Below, one piece after another: positions 36,271 to 63,931 of a stretch of DNA of 64,000 nucleotides. The stretch spans positions 41,168,001-41,232,000 of the forward strand of contig NC_067401.1 of assembly GCF_016432865.1 (NCBI RefSeq). The letters run 5' to 3'. Made by a program: the position numbers and the translations under genes. The notes below the pieces were generated by a model, which saw only the letters and a program-made list of their open reading frames with translations, ran no database searches and had not been told where the DNA came from. Origin of the DNA: Antechinus flavipes. Taxonomy: Eukaryota. Numbering within the stretch: position 1 is the first letter of the stretch; every line of letters begins with the position of its first letter.

Positions 36271-36280
36271 CTATAAATAG
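36271..36280 (+). promoter_or_regulatory. Perfect MEF2 site / TATA-like element
   Basis: CTATAAATAG fits CTA(A/T)4TAG and is followed by a GC box and CpG-rich sequence. Confidence 0.5.
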
Positions 36281-36447
36281 CTCCGCCGAGCTCCGCCCCC
36301 CCCCCTCCCAGAGCCGGCGCTGCGCCCGGGGCGCACGGGAGGAGGGATCTGGAGCAGGGGCGCCTAGGCTCGAGCACAGAGAGAGTGGGGGCCATAAAGG
36401 CCCACCCCCACCATGTGGGTGCTTGGTAACCCGGCTTCTTCACCCAG

Positions 36448-36510
36448 ACTGCACCCTGGTCCGGGTCCCAGGCCAGGGCCTGGCCGGGAGGAGATCCTGC
36501 GGACATACAG
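36448..36510 (+). other. ANKRD34A: Candidate non-coding exon of ANKRD34A
   Basis: Acceptor cttcttcacccag| at 36447, donor CAG|gtatct at 36510; the next acceptor tctgacag| at 37028 opens the coding exon. Confidence 0.5.
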
Positions 36511-37157
36511 GTATCTGGGCACACCGCCTGGGAGGGAAACGAGGAGCGGGAGATAGGGAACACAGCAGGGGAAAAGGGAACTCTGAACTCTTCCCTCTTC
36601 CAGTTTAAGACCCTTGGACCCGAGCCGCGACCCCTCCCAGAGCTGCAGCTCCGAGGAAAGGGGGAAGCCACTGGGAATGTATGGGTGTGCGCGTGGGAAG
36701 GGGGAAGTGGTGATTACTGAGGGGAGGTCTGCGCTCTAGCAAGAGCTATTTTGGAGAGAGGATGAGGAAAATCGGTAGCTGGAAATGGCTCGGGTGCTGA
36801 GGTGAAGGTTGGGGTGCGGACATTCCCGCGCGTGCACACACGCACTTGCACGAGCATTTATCCGGGCGGGTGCACGCGAGCTCTTTTTTTTTTTTTTCCA
36901 GACAAGCATTAGGGGGGCATGGGGCAGAGGACGGAAGTGTGTGCCACGGTGACCCACTCCAAATCTCTATGATTCCCTGTCTTGTCTCTATGCTTGTGTC
37001 TGTCAATGTTGGTCTATCTCTCTGACAGGGAGCACCGTAGCTGCTGAGCCTCAGTCCTCCTCTCTAGGCAGTGTCCCCATCCTTGTCCCGCATCTCCCTC
37101 TCCACCTCTTCTGGGGTAGTTTCAGCCGCTGCCTTTCTCCCACCCGCCACCTCGGCC

Positions 37158-38648
37158 ATGCTGCACGCCGAGGGGCACGCTCTCCTGCGGGCAGTGGGGC
37201 AGGGAAAGCTGCGCTTGACTCGGTTGCTCTTAGAGGGAGGTGCTTACGTGAATGAGGGCGACGCGCAGGGGGAGACTGCACTGATGGCTGCCTGTCGGGC
37301 CCGCTACGACGACCCCGAGAACCGGGCCCGCATGGTACGCTACCTGCTGGAGCAGGGCGCCGACCCCAACATAGCGGACCGGCTAGGGCGCACGGCTCTC
37401 ATGCACGCCTGCGCCGGAGGTGGGGGAGCTGCAGTAGCCACCCTGCTGCTGGCCCACGGCGCTGACCCGTCGGCCCGCGACCACGCCGGCGCCTCGGCTT
37501 TGGTGCACGCGTTGGACCGTGGTGATCGCGAGACTCTCTCAGCCTTGCTGGAAGCTTGCAAAGCCAAGGGTACCGAAGTCATCATCATCACCACGGACAC
37601 TTCGCCCTCGGGCACCAAGAAGACCCGGCAGTATCTCAATTCTCCTCCCTCCCCGGGGGTCGAAGACCCGCCCACCCCGGTCCCCACCCCGGGGGTTTGC
37701 ATGTCGCCTTCCGAAATCCAACTGCAGACTGCAGCGGGAGGAACAGAAGTGCTGTCTCCCCGGGCCCAGGAGGAGGAGGAGAAGCGAGACGTGTTCGAAT
37801 TCCCCCTCCCTAAGCCCCCAGACGACCCTGCTTCTTCCGAGCCCCTCCCCAAACCACCCCGCCACCCGCCACCCAAACCTCTTAAGAGGCTCAACTCCGA
37901 GCCTTGGGGGCTAGTCGCCCCTCCTCAACCGCTCCTGCCAGGGGAGGGGCGACCCGCGACTGAGCGATTGATTGCCGACTTTAATGGCCTGGCGCTGACT
38001 AGTCGACCCCGGCTCTCCAGGCGCCACAGCACGGAGGGGCCTGAGGAACCACCCCCGTGGGCTGAAAAAGTGACAGGGGCAGGGGCCCTTTCCCGGCGCA
38101 ATACCGCGCCGGAGGCCCAAGAATCGGCTGCCCTGCCGGGGCTGAAGCAGAAGCTGAGCCGCATGGAGCCGGTGGAGCTAGACGGCCCCAGCCACCTAGG
38201 CACGGACTCTGCGGACTCCAGTCGCTTGTCTCTGGAGCGCCGCCGCTACAACGCTTCCCCCTTGACCCTCCCTCCGGCCGGTTCCGTTCCTTCACCCGGG
38301 CAATCCCAAGAGAGCCTTCCGGGGGCCGTGTCTCCTCTGAGTGGGCGGAGACGGAGTCCCGGGCTGCTGGAACGGAGGGGCTCCGGAACGTTGCTTCTGG
38401 ACCACATCTCCCACACCCGGCCTGGCTTCCTGCCTCCACTCAACGTTAGCCCCCACCCTCCCATCCCAGACATTCGCCCTCTGCCAGGGTGTCGGGCCCC
38501 ATCCCTCCCCGCCCCCCATCATTCCGGGGGCCTTGGGTCTCCCAGGGCCAAGCGGAAATTAGTGAGACGTCATTCCATGCAGACAGAGCAGATTAGACAG
38601 CTAGGGGGCTTCCAGAGTCTAGGGGGACCAGGAGAACAAGGGCGTTGA
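37158..38648 (+). CDS. ANKRD34A: Ankyrin repeat domain-containing protein 34A, single coding exon, 496 aa
   Basis: GCCATG at 37158; MLHAEGHALLRAVGQGKLRL...; N-terminal ankyrin repeats (GETALMAAC, GRTALMHAC, GASALVHAL); Pro/Ser-rich tail ending RRHSMQTEQIRQLGGFQSLGGPGEQGR*. Confidence 0.96.
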   Translation: MLHAEGHALLRAVGQGKLRLTRLLLEGGAYVNEGDAQGETALMAACRARYDDPENRARMVRYLLEQGADPNIADRLGRTALMHACAGGGGAAVATLLLAHGADPSARDHAGASALVHALDRGDRETLSALLEACKAKGTEVIIITTDTSPSGTKKTRQYLNSPPSPGVEDPPTPVPTPGVCMSPSEIQLQTAAGGTEVLSPRAQEEEEKRDVFEFPLPKPPDDPASSEPLPKPPRHPPPKPLKRLNSEPWGLVAPPQPLLPGEGRPATERLIADFNGLALTSRPRLSRRHSTEGPEEPPPWAEKVTGAGALSRRNTAPEAQESAALPGLKQKLSRMEPVELDGPSHLGTDSADSSRLSLERRRYNASPLTLPPAGSVPSPGQSQESLPGAVSPLSGRRRSPGLLERRGSGTLLLDHISHTRPGFLPPLNVSPHPPIPDIRPLPGCRAPSLPAPHHSGGLGSPRAKRKLVRRHSMQTEQIRQLGGFQSLGGPGEQGR

Positions 38649-39539
38649 GGGGGTGGAAGAGCTCGGAATAGTGTGGACCAGGCTATGGCAGGGCAGGTGA
38701 GGCCACCAGCTCACTTTTACCATACACACACTAGAGGCTGCTTGTATTTTGCTCCTAGGCACTGCACGGTGCACTCTTGGCAGAGATGCACATGTTCACG
38801 GGCACAGAGCACTTTAACTGAAAGGTCACCAGGCTTCTCACATGTACTGAGCAGTCACACATATAGAAGGGTCATTTGTGTGGCTGATGCAACTGTGCAA
38901 TTGCACGTGGGATCAGCGTGAGCTCACAGGCACTATGCACTTGCATGCATCATGAGGTCAAAGGTGCTCATCAGCACATGGGCCCCCAAACATATTTGCA
39001 CTTGTTCATGGGCAGTGATATTACCTGCTAATGACCAGTGCCTAACACCCTTCTTCTCCCTCCCCTCTCAAATTTCCATCTTCTTGTGCTTGCAATTATT
39101 TATTTCTATTAGGTACAGTGGCACATGCCCTATAATGCATTCTTTACACACCCAATCCCGGTGGAAATGTCTTTGACTCTTTTGGGATCCCCCTTAACCC
39201 ACCCACTAGACTGGGTTCTCCTGATCCTCTGCTCTCCCTCCCCGACTTCTCTAAGCCACAGAACTCGGGAAAATGTTGCTTTCCAGCCCCTGAGTTCCCC
39301 TTCTGGGAGGGAACCTCTTGCTGCACCAGTTCTGCTGCTCCCCTCATTGATCCCTCAACTTTTCCCTCCCTGTCTCCAACAGTCCAGATACTTCCTAACC
39401 CCAGATCAACTGATTATATCAAGTTGTCTTGTCTTCCCAGGAGAAGTGGGGCATGCAGTCCAAACTGCTCTTTTATGTGAGCTGCTATCCTCCCCAAGGC
39501 AGGAGGGTAGTAATCTTAATTCCCCTCTTGACATATCAA

Positions 39540-39545
39540 AATAAA
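39540..39545 (+). terminator. ANKRD34A: ANKRD34A polyadenylation signal
   Basis: AATAAA about 890 nt after the stop codon. Confidence 0.65.
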
Positions 39546-40559
39546 GGTGTTCAGAAGTTTCAACCACGTCTCTCCAACTCACTTGGGAGGAGGGGATGGG
39601 ATGGGCAATACTGAACCTAATCATGACCATAACTTGTAGGATCAGTGAAAGCCCAAGAAGGGTAGTAGAGGGCAAGCTAACAACTTTCATCTCTTCTTGA
39701 AATCTCAATTTTTTTCCTTTCACTTTCCTTTGGATCCTTAGGATCTAACTATCTCAGGTTCACTGAAAGATAAGGAAAGAACATGTTGATTTAGTGGCTA
39801 AGGTTAACAAAGTGCTTTTTGTAGCAAAACAGCATCATGAGAAACGTAGTGCAACGTTATACCCATTTTACAGATGAGGAAACTGAGTTGGAGAGCTAAA
39901 GGAACTTCCTAGGATTATATTAGTAAATAAACAGAAAATTAATGATTCGCTCCTAGAGGCCTCCTGTGCTCTTTCTACTCCACTGCTTAGTTTAGGATGC
40001 TTAGGACCCACTGAGCAGGCTCCCTAAACACGCCTCTCCCCCGCCCAGCTAAGTCCCCAGTCTCTTGTCCGGGACTCCACTTTCTTCACATACCGAGGCA
40101 GGGAAGAGGGACTGGGCCATCCCCAGGGAGCAGTTCTACTCTCCTCCCTCTCTCCCGGGGGACTCCGGCATCTGGTCCTGTAGAACCTCGGTCCTTGCTG
40201 TCCCTGCTTGCAGCCTCTGATTTCCCCTGGGCGCCTCGGAGCCTTCCAGAAGGTTCCCCGAGGAGCTCAGGGTACCCCGAAGATTCCCGCTTTTTGGCCG
40301 GAAGCCCAGCGACCGCTAGGGGCCATTCTTTGGCTCTCAGGGCCGTGGGTTACAGGCCCAAATATAAATGCATTCAGCTGTTTCCCCAGTCTTAACCAAG
40401 AAAGAAACCGCGAAGCCAAAACTGCCAGCTGCTCCTCGACCCCAGGAAGGGGAAAGAGGGGCGGAAGCGCCACACTCCAGGGTTTCGCCGTAGCTCGCTG
40501 CCGCCTCATCCCGCCTCCTTTAACCCACAGATGCAGACCCTCTTTGGAGGCGTCCAGAT

Positions 40560-53772
<13,213 letters not shown>

Positions 53773-55890
53773 ACACTCCCACCCCTACCACACCTCCAAG
53801 CCTCTGTTTGCACATCTATTTTCTAAGACTTGGAACAATTTCTGTACAGACTTACTCATTTTTTACACTTTAAAAAAATACTAAATCTAGGTCTGGTTTC
53901 CTATCTGTCTAGGAAAATCATTTTCTTCTTTCCTGATCTTTTCTACAATTGCTTCCTTTGAAACTTATTCACTACATTGAGGCGTCTAGAGGCTGCTTAT
54001 GGACATCTATGGATTCTCATACTACCGGGTTCTCAATTTTGCTGAAAAGAAGTTCTTTAAGAGAACAAAGTGTTTCTGGAGCTTCTGGTTGGCTTGTCTG
54101 GTACGGGGATTTCTGTCTGCCTTTGAAAAACACAGCCAACTTTGAGTAAGAGCTCCCTGTCCTCCTCCCCCAGCTCCAATTCCTGCTTCCCCTTTGAATT
54201 AAACAGGGTACATAAGAGTATGAAACTTCTGGCTTTGGATTGCCTTGGATAGGACCTCTTCAAGACCAAATTCATTTCGATCATATCCTGCCACACCACT
54301 TTATTTTAAGATCCCCTCGCATTCTAGCTCAAGACAGGGATGTTTAATTATACTTAGTGGCCCCTGAAAAGCTGGTGGAAAACAAGGCCAAGGGAAATGA
54401 AGAGTGATCATAAATACAATTTAGGGGTCGGTCTTCACCAATCCAAGATGTTACCATCCTATTCTAACCCAGATTTTTTGATACAGTTCACACTATAGAG
54501 CTGGGTGGTAGGTTCTGAAATGTCTGTTTCTGTTCCTCTTCTTCCCCCTTCCCTTTTAATTTACAACCAATGCTGGCTTAGGGCCTTTTTGCTTCCTGAA
54601 GACAATATAACTCGTATGTTGAATGAAACACATACCTATGATATCTATTCCTTCCATCACTTTGCTACTTAAGAAAAGATACATTTTTACCTGTGGAGGA
54701 CTTTTCTTCTTCCCTCAAATAGCTGCTGTTTTACCGACTGACAGAAGCTACTGATCAGTTATTATAGTAGTTGTAGTTACACACATTTATATGATGCTTT
54801 AAAGTTTATAAAGCATTTTCCTTAAATCCTTTAAGACAGGTAGTGTAAGTAATAGTATCCCTATTTTTTTAAATGCAGAAACCAAGGCTTAGAGTTGGAG
54901 CTGGAGTTGGAATCCATGTCTGAAGTCCAGGGCCATTGCCCACTTAGATCATATTATCTCTTACCAGGACTCAGACGTCTTTCTCTTCCTCTCACTTATA
55001 TGAATGAGTTGTTCAGGAAACTGAACTGGACACAGATCTGGTTGGATTTCTTTTCTGAAAAGTTTAGAGAAGAGATCCAGAACCAACTGCTTGTCTGTGA
55101 AATTCTAATTTTGTTTCTTTTCACTATGAATTGAATTCTCCTGCCTCATTCTCCCTTGAGAAAGTATAGAAGGGATTTTCTAAAACAGAACTAAAGAATC
55201 ATCCTTATGGCCTGGAGGTTTCTCTAAGATGTGTTTCTGATTTGTTTCCGTAACCTCCTTTACATTAATATATATTACTTTGAATGCACTTTCTAAATTG
55301 GATTTGGAAAATTAGCTTGTTTTATAGCTATTTCCCTGTGATTGGTTGATAATCATTTAATCTTTACTCAGTCATAATCTTCACTTTTAGGAAAATTAGG
55401 TAGGGTGGCCCAACTTCCTCCTTCAGGTGAGATGAGAAACTCTTTTTATTTGGGAGCTGTATAGGTAACTATTGTATATGGGCTCAAAAATAGAGGTGAT
55501 AGCCAACTTTACTAGCACCTAGAATGAATGAGCATCCTCACTCCTGAGGTCCTACTCCCTTCTCCCCCAAATATAGACATATGTAGAAAGCTCCTACTCT
55601 GGGTTAGTTCAGAGGTGTGAATGCCTCTACTTGTTTTTTTTTTTTTTATTTGTTTGTTTTTGGTGAAATCCCAAATTACTTGTCTCCTCATTTGAGTCCC
55701 TTTTTAACTTGTTCCTTTCTCCCTGGGAAAGAATAGGGAGCTGGTCCCTGGATCTGCCACAACTGGTGGTCTTTGTTTCATTTACTAGTTAGATCCCAAT
55801 GAGGTTAAGACAGTGCTCATGCTGTCTACAGTTTTATGTGTCATAACTTTGTACTACTTTCTATGTATTTTGTATGCACACTTTTATACA

Positions 55891-55896
55891 ATTAAA
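55891..55896 (+). terminator. LIX1L: Probable LIX1L polyadenylation signal (ATTAAA)
   Basis: ATTAAA preceded by a TGTA-rich tract, with repeat-derived DNA starting just downstream; implies a 3' UTR of about 2.1 kb. Confidence 0.5.
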
Positions 55897-55959
55897 AATC
55901 AATTTTCTGTAGCCAGCCAGATTGACTCTTTCTTGAAACCATCTCTGAGGAGCTTAACA

Positions 55960-58900
55960 TAACTTATAAAAATGTTTATTGATAACTTCTATTTTTTTAT
56001 CATTTACATCTCTAACTATATCCTTCCCCCTTCCAGACAGACATACATTCCTTATAACAAAGGATTAGAGGGGGAAAAAGTTTGACAAAACTAATATATC
56101 AACCATGTCTGACATTACATGGAGTTTTTCCACACCCAAAGATCCCTACCAGGTGATCCTTCTAATTAAGTATCCTCTAGATATGCTACAAAGACATTTT
56201 TCGATTATTTTTTCTTGTAGGTAGGGGTTGCAGAATAGCAATAAGTTTTATCAGTGATATAGAAAGAGCCCCCATTTGCTTCCCATTTTGGGGGGAACAA
56301 TCTTTAATCTAGTAAATACTGACTAATTTAGCACTTTTTTACATTTATATTTATATTCATCAAGAATTAAACAAATCAAAACAACAAAAAATGAAGAAAA
56401 TGTGAAATATCTCTTTGTAAAAATAACTAACTTAGAAAACAGATGTAGGAGAGAAAATCAAAGAAATATTGGGCTACTGAAGACCACAATGAAAAAAAAA
56501 AGAATCTGGATATGATATTTCATTATGACGGCTATCCCTCCAGCTTTTTTTTTTTTTTTTTACTTCAGCTAAAGCATAATAGATTCTATTCTAGCCCCTT
56601 ATCTTTATTCTATGTTTGTCTCTCTGTTTAAAATGTGTTTCTTGTAAAGAACATGGTATAGAATTCTGGTTTTTAATGCACTCTGCTGTTTGCTTACATT
56701 TCATGGGTGAATTTATCCATTCACATTCATAGTTATGATTACTGTATATTTCCCTCCATCCTATTTTTTCCATTTGTCTTTGTGTCTGTCTCTCTTTCTG
56801 TCTCTTTCACCTTTAACCCTGGCCCTCCTTGTCAGTGTATTGCTTCTGACCACAGCCTCCCCCAATGTGCCCTCTCTTCTATCAGACTCCCCTTCTCTCA
56901 GCCCCTCCTTTCTTCATGATAAGGTAAGATAGTTTTCTATACTTGATTGTACATGTTATGCCCCCTTTGAGCCAATTCTGAGGAGAGCAAAATTCAAATA
57001 TTGCCTATTTCACCCCCCACCCCTCAATCTTTCCATCCCACTATAATAGGTCATTTGTTCCTTTTCATGTGACATAATTTACCCATTCATCCTCACCCTT
57101 CCCTCTTCTGCCAGTATTATCTTCTTTCTCACCCCTTAATTTTGTTTGGGTTTTTTGGGGAAATCATTCTATCAAGGTCAACATATACTCACACCCTCTA
57201 CATAATATTCCTTCTAACTGCCCTAAAGTTTTTAAGAGTTATAAGTATCATCATCCTGTGTAGGGATGTTTATTGTTTATAGTTTAAGTTTATTAAATCC
57301 CTTATGTTTTCAATTTTCTTTTTACCTTTTTTATGCCTCTTGAATTTCTATTTGAAATTCAAATTTTCTGTTCAGCTTTGGTCTTTTCAACAGAAATGCT
57401 TGAAAAATCCTCTATTTCATTGAATATTTATTTTTCCCCTGAAGAATTATGCTTAGTTTTTACTAGGTATATGATTCTTAGTTAATAATCTTTTTTTTCA
57501 CCTTGTAGAATTATCATATTCTAAGCCCTCTCATCCTTTAATGTAGGAACTGCTAAATCTGTGTAATCCTGACATGGTTCCATGATATTTGAATTGTTTG
57601 TTTCTGGCTATTTGCAGTTATTTTCTCCTTGACCTGGGAGTTTTGAAATTTGGCTATAATACTCCTGGGAATTTTCATTTTAGGATTTCTTTCAGGAGTT
57701 GATTAGTGGATTCTTTCGATTTCTAGTTTATCTTCTAATTCTAGGACATCAGGGCAGCTTACCTTGGTAATTTCTTAAAAATAGACAAACTCACCCATAA
57801 AATAGAAGCAGATAACAGAGTAGATTAAAAACCAGAATCCTATAATAATGTTGTTTACAAAAAACACATTTGAACAGAGACAAACATAGAATAAAGGCAA
57901 GAGACTAGAACAGAATCTATTATGTTGCAGCTGAAGTTAAAAAAAAAAAAAGTGGGAGAACAGGATAGCAGTCATAATCTCAGACAAAGCAAAAACAAAA
58001 ACAAATCTAATTAAGAAAGTTAAAAAAGGAAACTACATCTTGCTAAAAGGTACAAAAGGTAAAAGGCATGCAAGTAAAGTCAACCAGAAAAGGGAACATA
58101 TTTATAATTCCAATAACAAATTGGAAATCCTGAAAATCAAAGGTGAAATTAAAAAATCTGAAAGTTAGAAAACAATTGAACTAGGAGCTGACTTTAGGAA
58201 GAAGAAAAAAGATTAACCAGTGGTTAATTTGATTTAAAAAAAAGCCAAATTACCAATGTAAAAAATGGTAAGGCAAAGGAGATAGAATTGCAATAGTGAA
58301 AAGAAAATTAAATTATTAGGAGCTATTTTGCCCAATTACATGCAATTTGAAAATCTAAATGAAATAAGTATTTACAAAATTGCCCAGATTAATAGAAGAT
58401 GAAGTAGAATATTTAATAACTCCATCTTAAAAAAAGAAACTGAACAAGCCATTCACAAATGAATTCTACCAAACACTTAGTTTATAACTATGTGGGAAAA
58501 TAGACAAATTCCTTTTATGGCACAAATATATTGCTCATATCAAAATCAGGAGGAAAAAAGAGAGAAAACTATAGACCAATTTTCCAAATGAATATTGATG
58601 CAAAAATTTCTATGCAGACTTGCGCATAGAAATAGGATATTTATCAAATATATCAAATATCATAGGTAATAGGATATTTATCAAATTCTGCATCTATTTT
58701 TGTGACAGATTGCTATAAAATACTAGCAATGAGTTTACAGCAATATCACAAGAATCATACACTATGATCAAGTGAGATTTATACCAAAAATACAAGGCTG
58801 GTTCAGTATTAGGAAAGCTATCAGCATAATTATATCAATAACAAAACCAACAGAAATAGATGTAGAAATGCATTAGAAATGTTAGCAGTTGCAGATCCTG

Positions 58901-60480
58901 GAATCACATCTATGGATAATCAAAAGAACTAGGCCTGTGGCCAAAAATATATCCAGCAAAATTATCTATAATATTGAAAAAAAGGATATTCAACAAATTT
59001 GAAGATTTTCAAGACTTCCTAGCAACCAAACCTGAACTTAACATATAAGAGCTGAAATCAGAGATCAATTTCAAGGAACTCAAAATGGACAAATTGTTTA
59101 TATTTGTAATATGGGAAATGTATAGTATAGGTTTATACAATACAACACAATACAATACAACAATAGGGGCTTAGAGAGGTGAAGAGATTCTTAGTTCTGT
59201 AAACCTACTCACATTGGGAATGGATTAAATAGGTAACACTATTTACATACTGTGAATGGCATATCATCCTCCAAAATCTATTAAAAAATAAGCGGGGAGG
59301 GATGGGTGGACAGGAAAGCAAAGCATTCTGGTAGAAGACAAGGGAAGGATGCATGGATGGGAGGAGGTTAAATAAGGCAAATTAGGAGCAGAATTAAGGC
59401 AAGGGTCAAGAGGGATAGGAAAGATATATGTGTGTGTATGTGTATGTATATATATCTACATATATATATATTAAATATATCCTTAACTATAGCTTCCTTG
59501 GGTGTAGGAGGAAAGGATGAAAAGGGGACAAAATAATAAAGTAAAAAAGGTGCACAGCAGAGAACAAAAGAATAATTTACAAGGAAGAAAAGATGAATAC
59601 TTGTAATTTCTTCTACTATTATATATATTTTCTTGAACTAATATTTGTTGTTACATATTTTGAATCCTCTCTGATGTTCTACTGCACACATGACAATATT
59701 CTCTTGTTTCATTTTGTTTTATATTTCTTTTCTGTCTTATTCTGTTTTTCTATTCTATTCTAGGAAGAAGAGAAGAAAAAGGAAATTAGGAAACAAAACT
59801 ATTATTCTTTGCAGATGACATAATGGTATACTTAGAGAATTCCAGACAATCAACTAAAAATGCAGTTGAAATAATTAACAACTTTAGCCAAATTTTAGAA
59901 TATAAAATAAAGGATGATACCATAAGCAAATTAGGAGAACAAGGAATACTTTACCCATTATTAATGCATTGTTGATGGAATTGTAAACTGATCCTTCCAT
60001 TCTTGAAAGCAATTTAGAACTATACTCAAAGAGCCATAAAATTGTGCATACCCTTTGTTCCAGTAATACCATTTCTAGGTTCCTAGATTTAAAGGGGCAG
60101 GAGTGGGGTAAAGACATATTTGAACAAAAATATTTATAGCAGCTCTTTGTGTGATGGCAAAGAATTGGAAATAGGCGATTCTCACCAATTAGGGAATGGC
60201 TGAACAAGCTGTATGTAGTGTTTGATTGTAATGAAATACTGTAGTGACTTAAGAAATGAAAAGCAGGATGATTTCAGACTTACATGAAGTAATGCAAAGT
60301 AAAATGCAAAGAATATTATTAAAGCAACAATAATATTGTACAAATAGGTAAATGGCTTACCTATTTCAATAATATGACTCAAGACAATTAAGAACTAAGA
60401 CTGCAGATTGAAGCCTACATCACTTTATTTTTTGGCTTGGGTTTTTTGGGGGGATTTTGGTCAGTGTCTCTTATAACCCG
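55960..60480. mobile_element. Cluster of old rearranged L1 fragments on both strands
   Basis: Endonuclease N-terminus on minus (ORF 56591-56773, NSPMK...CSLQETHFKQRD) and again on plus (57788-57978); ORF1 C-terminal-like piece at about 58880-59050; RT motif FADD at 59808-59819; L1 3' end to about 60480. Confidence 0.75.
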
Positions 60481-62129
60481 ACTAATGGGAATATTTCGCA
60501 TGATTGCACATGTATAACATATCAAACTGCTTTAAAAAATTATCTCAACATGTAACTGGGAAAATATGTGTGTATATGTGTATGTGTATATATATATATA
60601 TTAAGAATAAAAAAGAATCAGGTTTAGGAAGTGAAGAGATGAGTTCAACTTTGGATAGATTAAGTTTGCACTATAGTGGGTTAGTTGCTTGGTTTTTGCC
60701 TTTCCTTCTCCAGTAGGACCAAAATATCACTATATTAGAGTTGTTATAGAGTGTCCACTGTGACTGAAAAACCAAGAGCTTGGAATGCTCTGCTACAGGT
60801 CTGACAAACAGTCCCTATGAACATTTGAGATGGATTCTCTAACTTGGAGAACCTCTGAGTTTCTTCTGAGCTAATTCAATTCTGCTTTGCTCCTAGAGCA
60901 CAGCACCTATTCTGCTCTCTGCTGGATGGTCTCCTATGTTATACAATCAATTCTAAAGTTCAATCAAATGGAGACATCAACTAAGAACACAGAAAAACAG
61001 GACAGAAGAGCAAGCAGAAAGGCTGAAAATAGTTTGGGAGACTTCTGCTCGGATAAGATGACTGAAGTAATTGGAATAAATGAAATTCCCAAAGGAAAGA
61101 ATATTAGAAAGACAGCCTATGCTAGATGCAAAAGGGAATGAAGACCGATGGTATTCATGGTGATGGATGAGGACCCAGGAAAAAGAGTCCAAGTAGGAAA
61201 ATGAAAAGAGCGAGTATCACAAAGGGGCCAGAAGATACCAAGTATCAATTGCTAAAGAATTGCAATAGAAATCTATCAGAGGCTCAATAGTGATCATAGA
61301 CCCTTTTTAGTAGTATGGATGGGGACTCCATTGCCAAAAGTCATTTCCGTTTTTTTAAATCTGCAAAATGCTAGGAATTCTAAATCTTGATGGCCTATCT
61401 TTTTAGATGCTCTCGAGAGTAGATATGTAACTTGAATTGAGGTGTTTATATTTGGAGCCAAAGGAGAAATTGTTGACAAAGATGAGGATTTGAGAAGAAG
61501 AGGTGTGGTAGCCGAGTTAATCCCGAAAGGAAGAAGAAAATCGAGGAAAACAAATGTAGAATCAACTGAGCAGGGAAAGGGATGAAGTTTGGGCTTGGGA
61601 GAAAGAGTGTGGTAGAATCACAAGTGAAAAGACTCCAAGGCCAAGTAAGTAGTTTTGAAATAGCCCAGGCAATAAAATTCAAGACAGCCATAGTAATTCA
61701 TAATTCAGAAATAATTTATTTGTAACTGGCCTACATGGTGTGCATGGCCAGGATGGACCTCCAGGAGGATTCCGGCATGGTTCCGTGCCCAACTGAAGTA
61801 GGGACAGCCTTATTAAGCATTTCTGTTCGGCTTGTTACATTCTGACATTAAACAGTGACTCGACTTTACAGGACAAAAGATACAATGGCAGATGTTTAAC
61901 ATAGTTTATAGGTCAGGGTTATCGAACAGATACCCCTCAAAGTTGAGCAGGCACTTTGAAGTGCAAAACACCTCCTTTAATCTGGCTGAGCAGACCTTTC
62001 TCTGCCCTTTAACCTAAGACTGAGGGAGGGGAGGGGAGGCCAGTCCTTTGTCCATTTCAGTTTGAGACCACCACCCACCCCTTTAGGGGTACCCCACAGG
62101 AGAAAGTTCTAGGTTACATGAGGAAGTCA

Positions 62130-63931
<1,802 letters not shown>

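Noticed and set aside
37071-37157. 29-aa N-terminal extension of ANKRD34A in the ORF track
   Set aside because: It begins at GTG just after an in-frame TAG; the ATG at 37158 has a good Kozak context and matches the known N-terminus.
37584-37604. REST/RE1-like sequence ATCATCACCACGGACACTTCG in the ANKRD34A CDS
   Set aside because: About 15/21 match, but two key G positions are mismatched and the sequence is explained by the IITTDTS codons.
37340-38562. Several overlapping antisense and alternative-frame ORFs across ANKRD34A (likewise over LIX1L exon 1 and the 34.0-34.6 kb island)
   Set aside because: These are shadow ORFs caused by high GC content and stop-codon scarcity in CpG-rich sequence.
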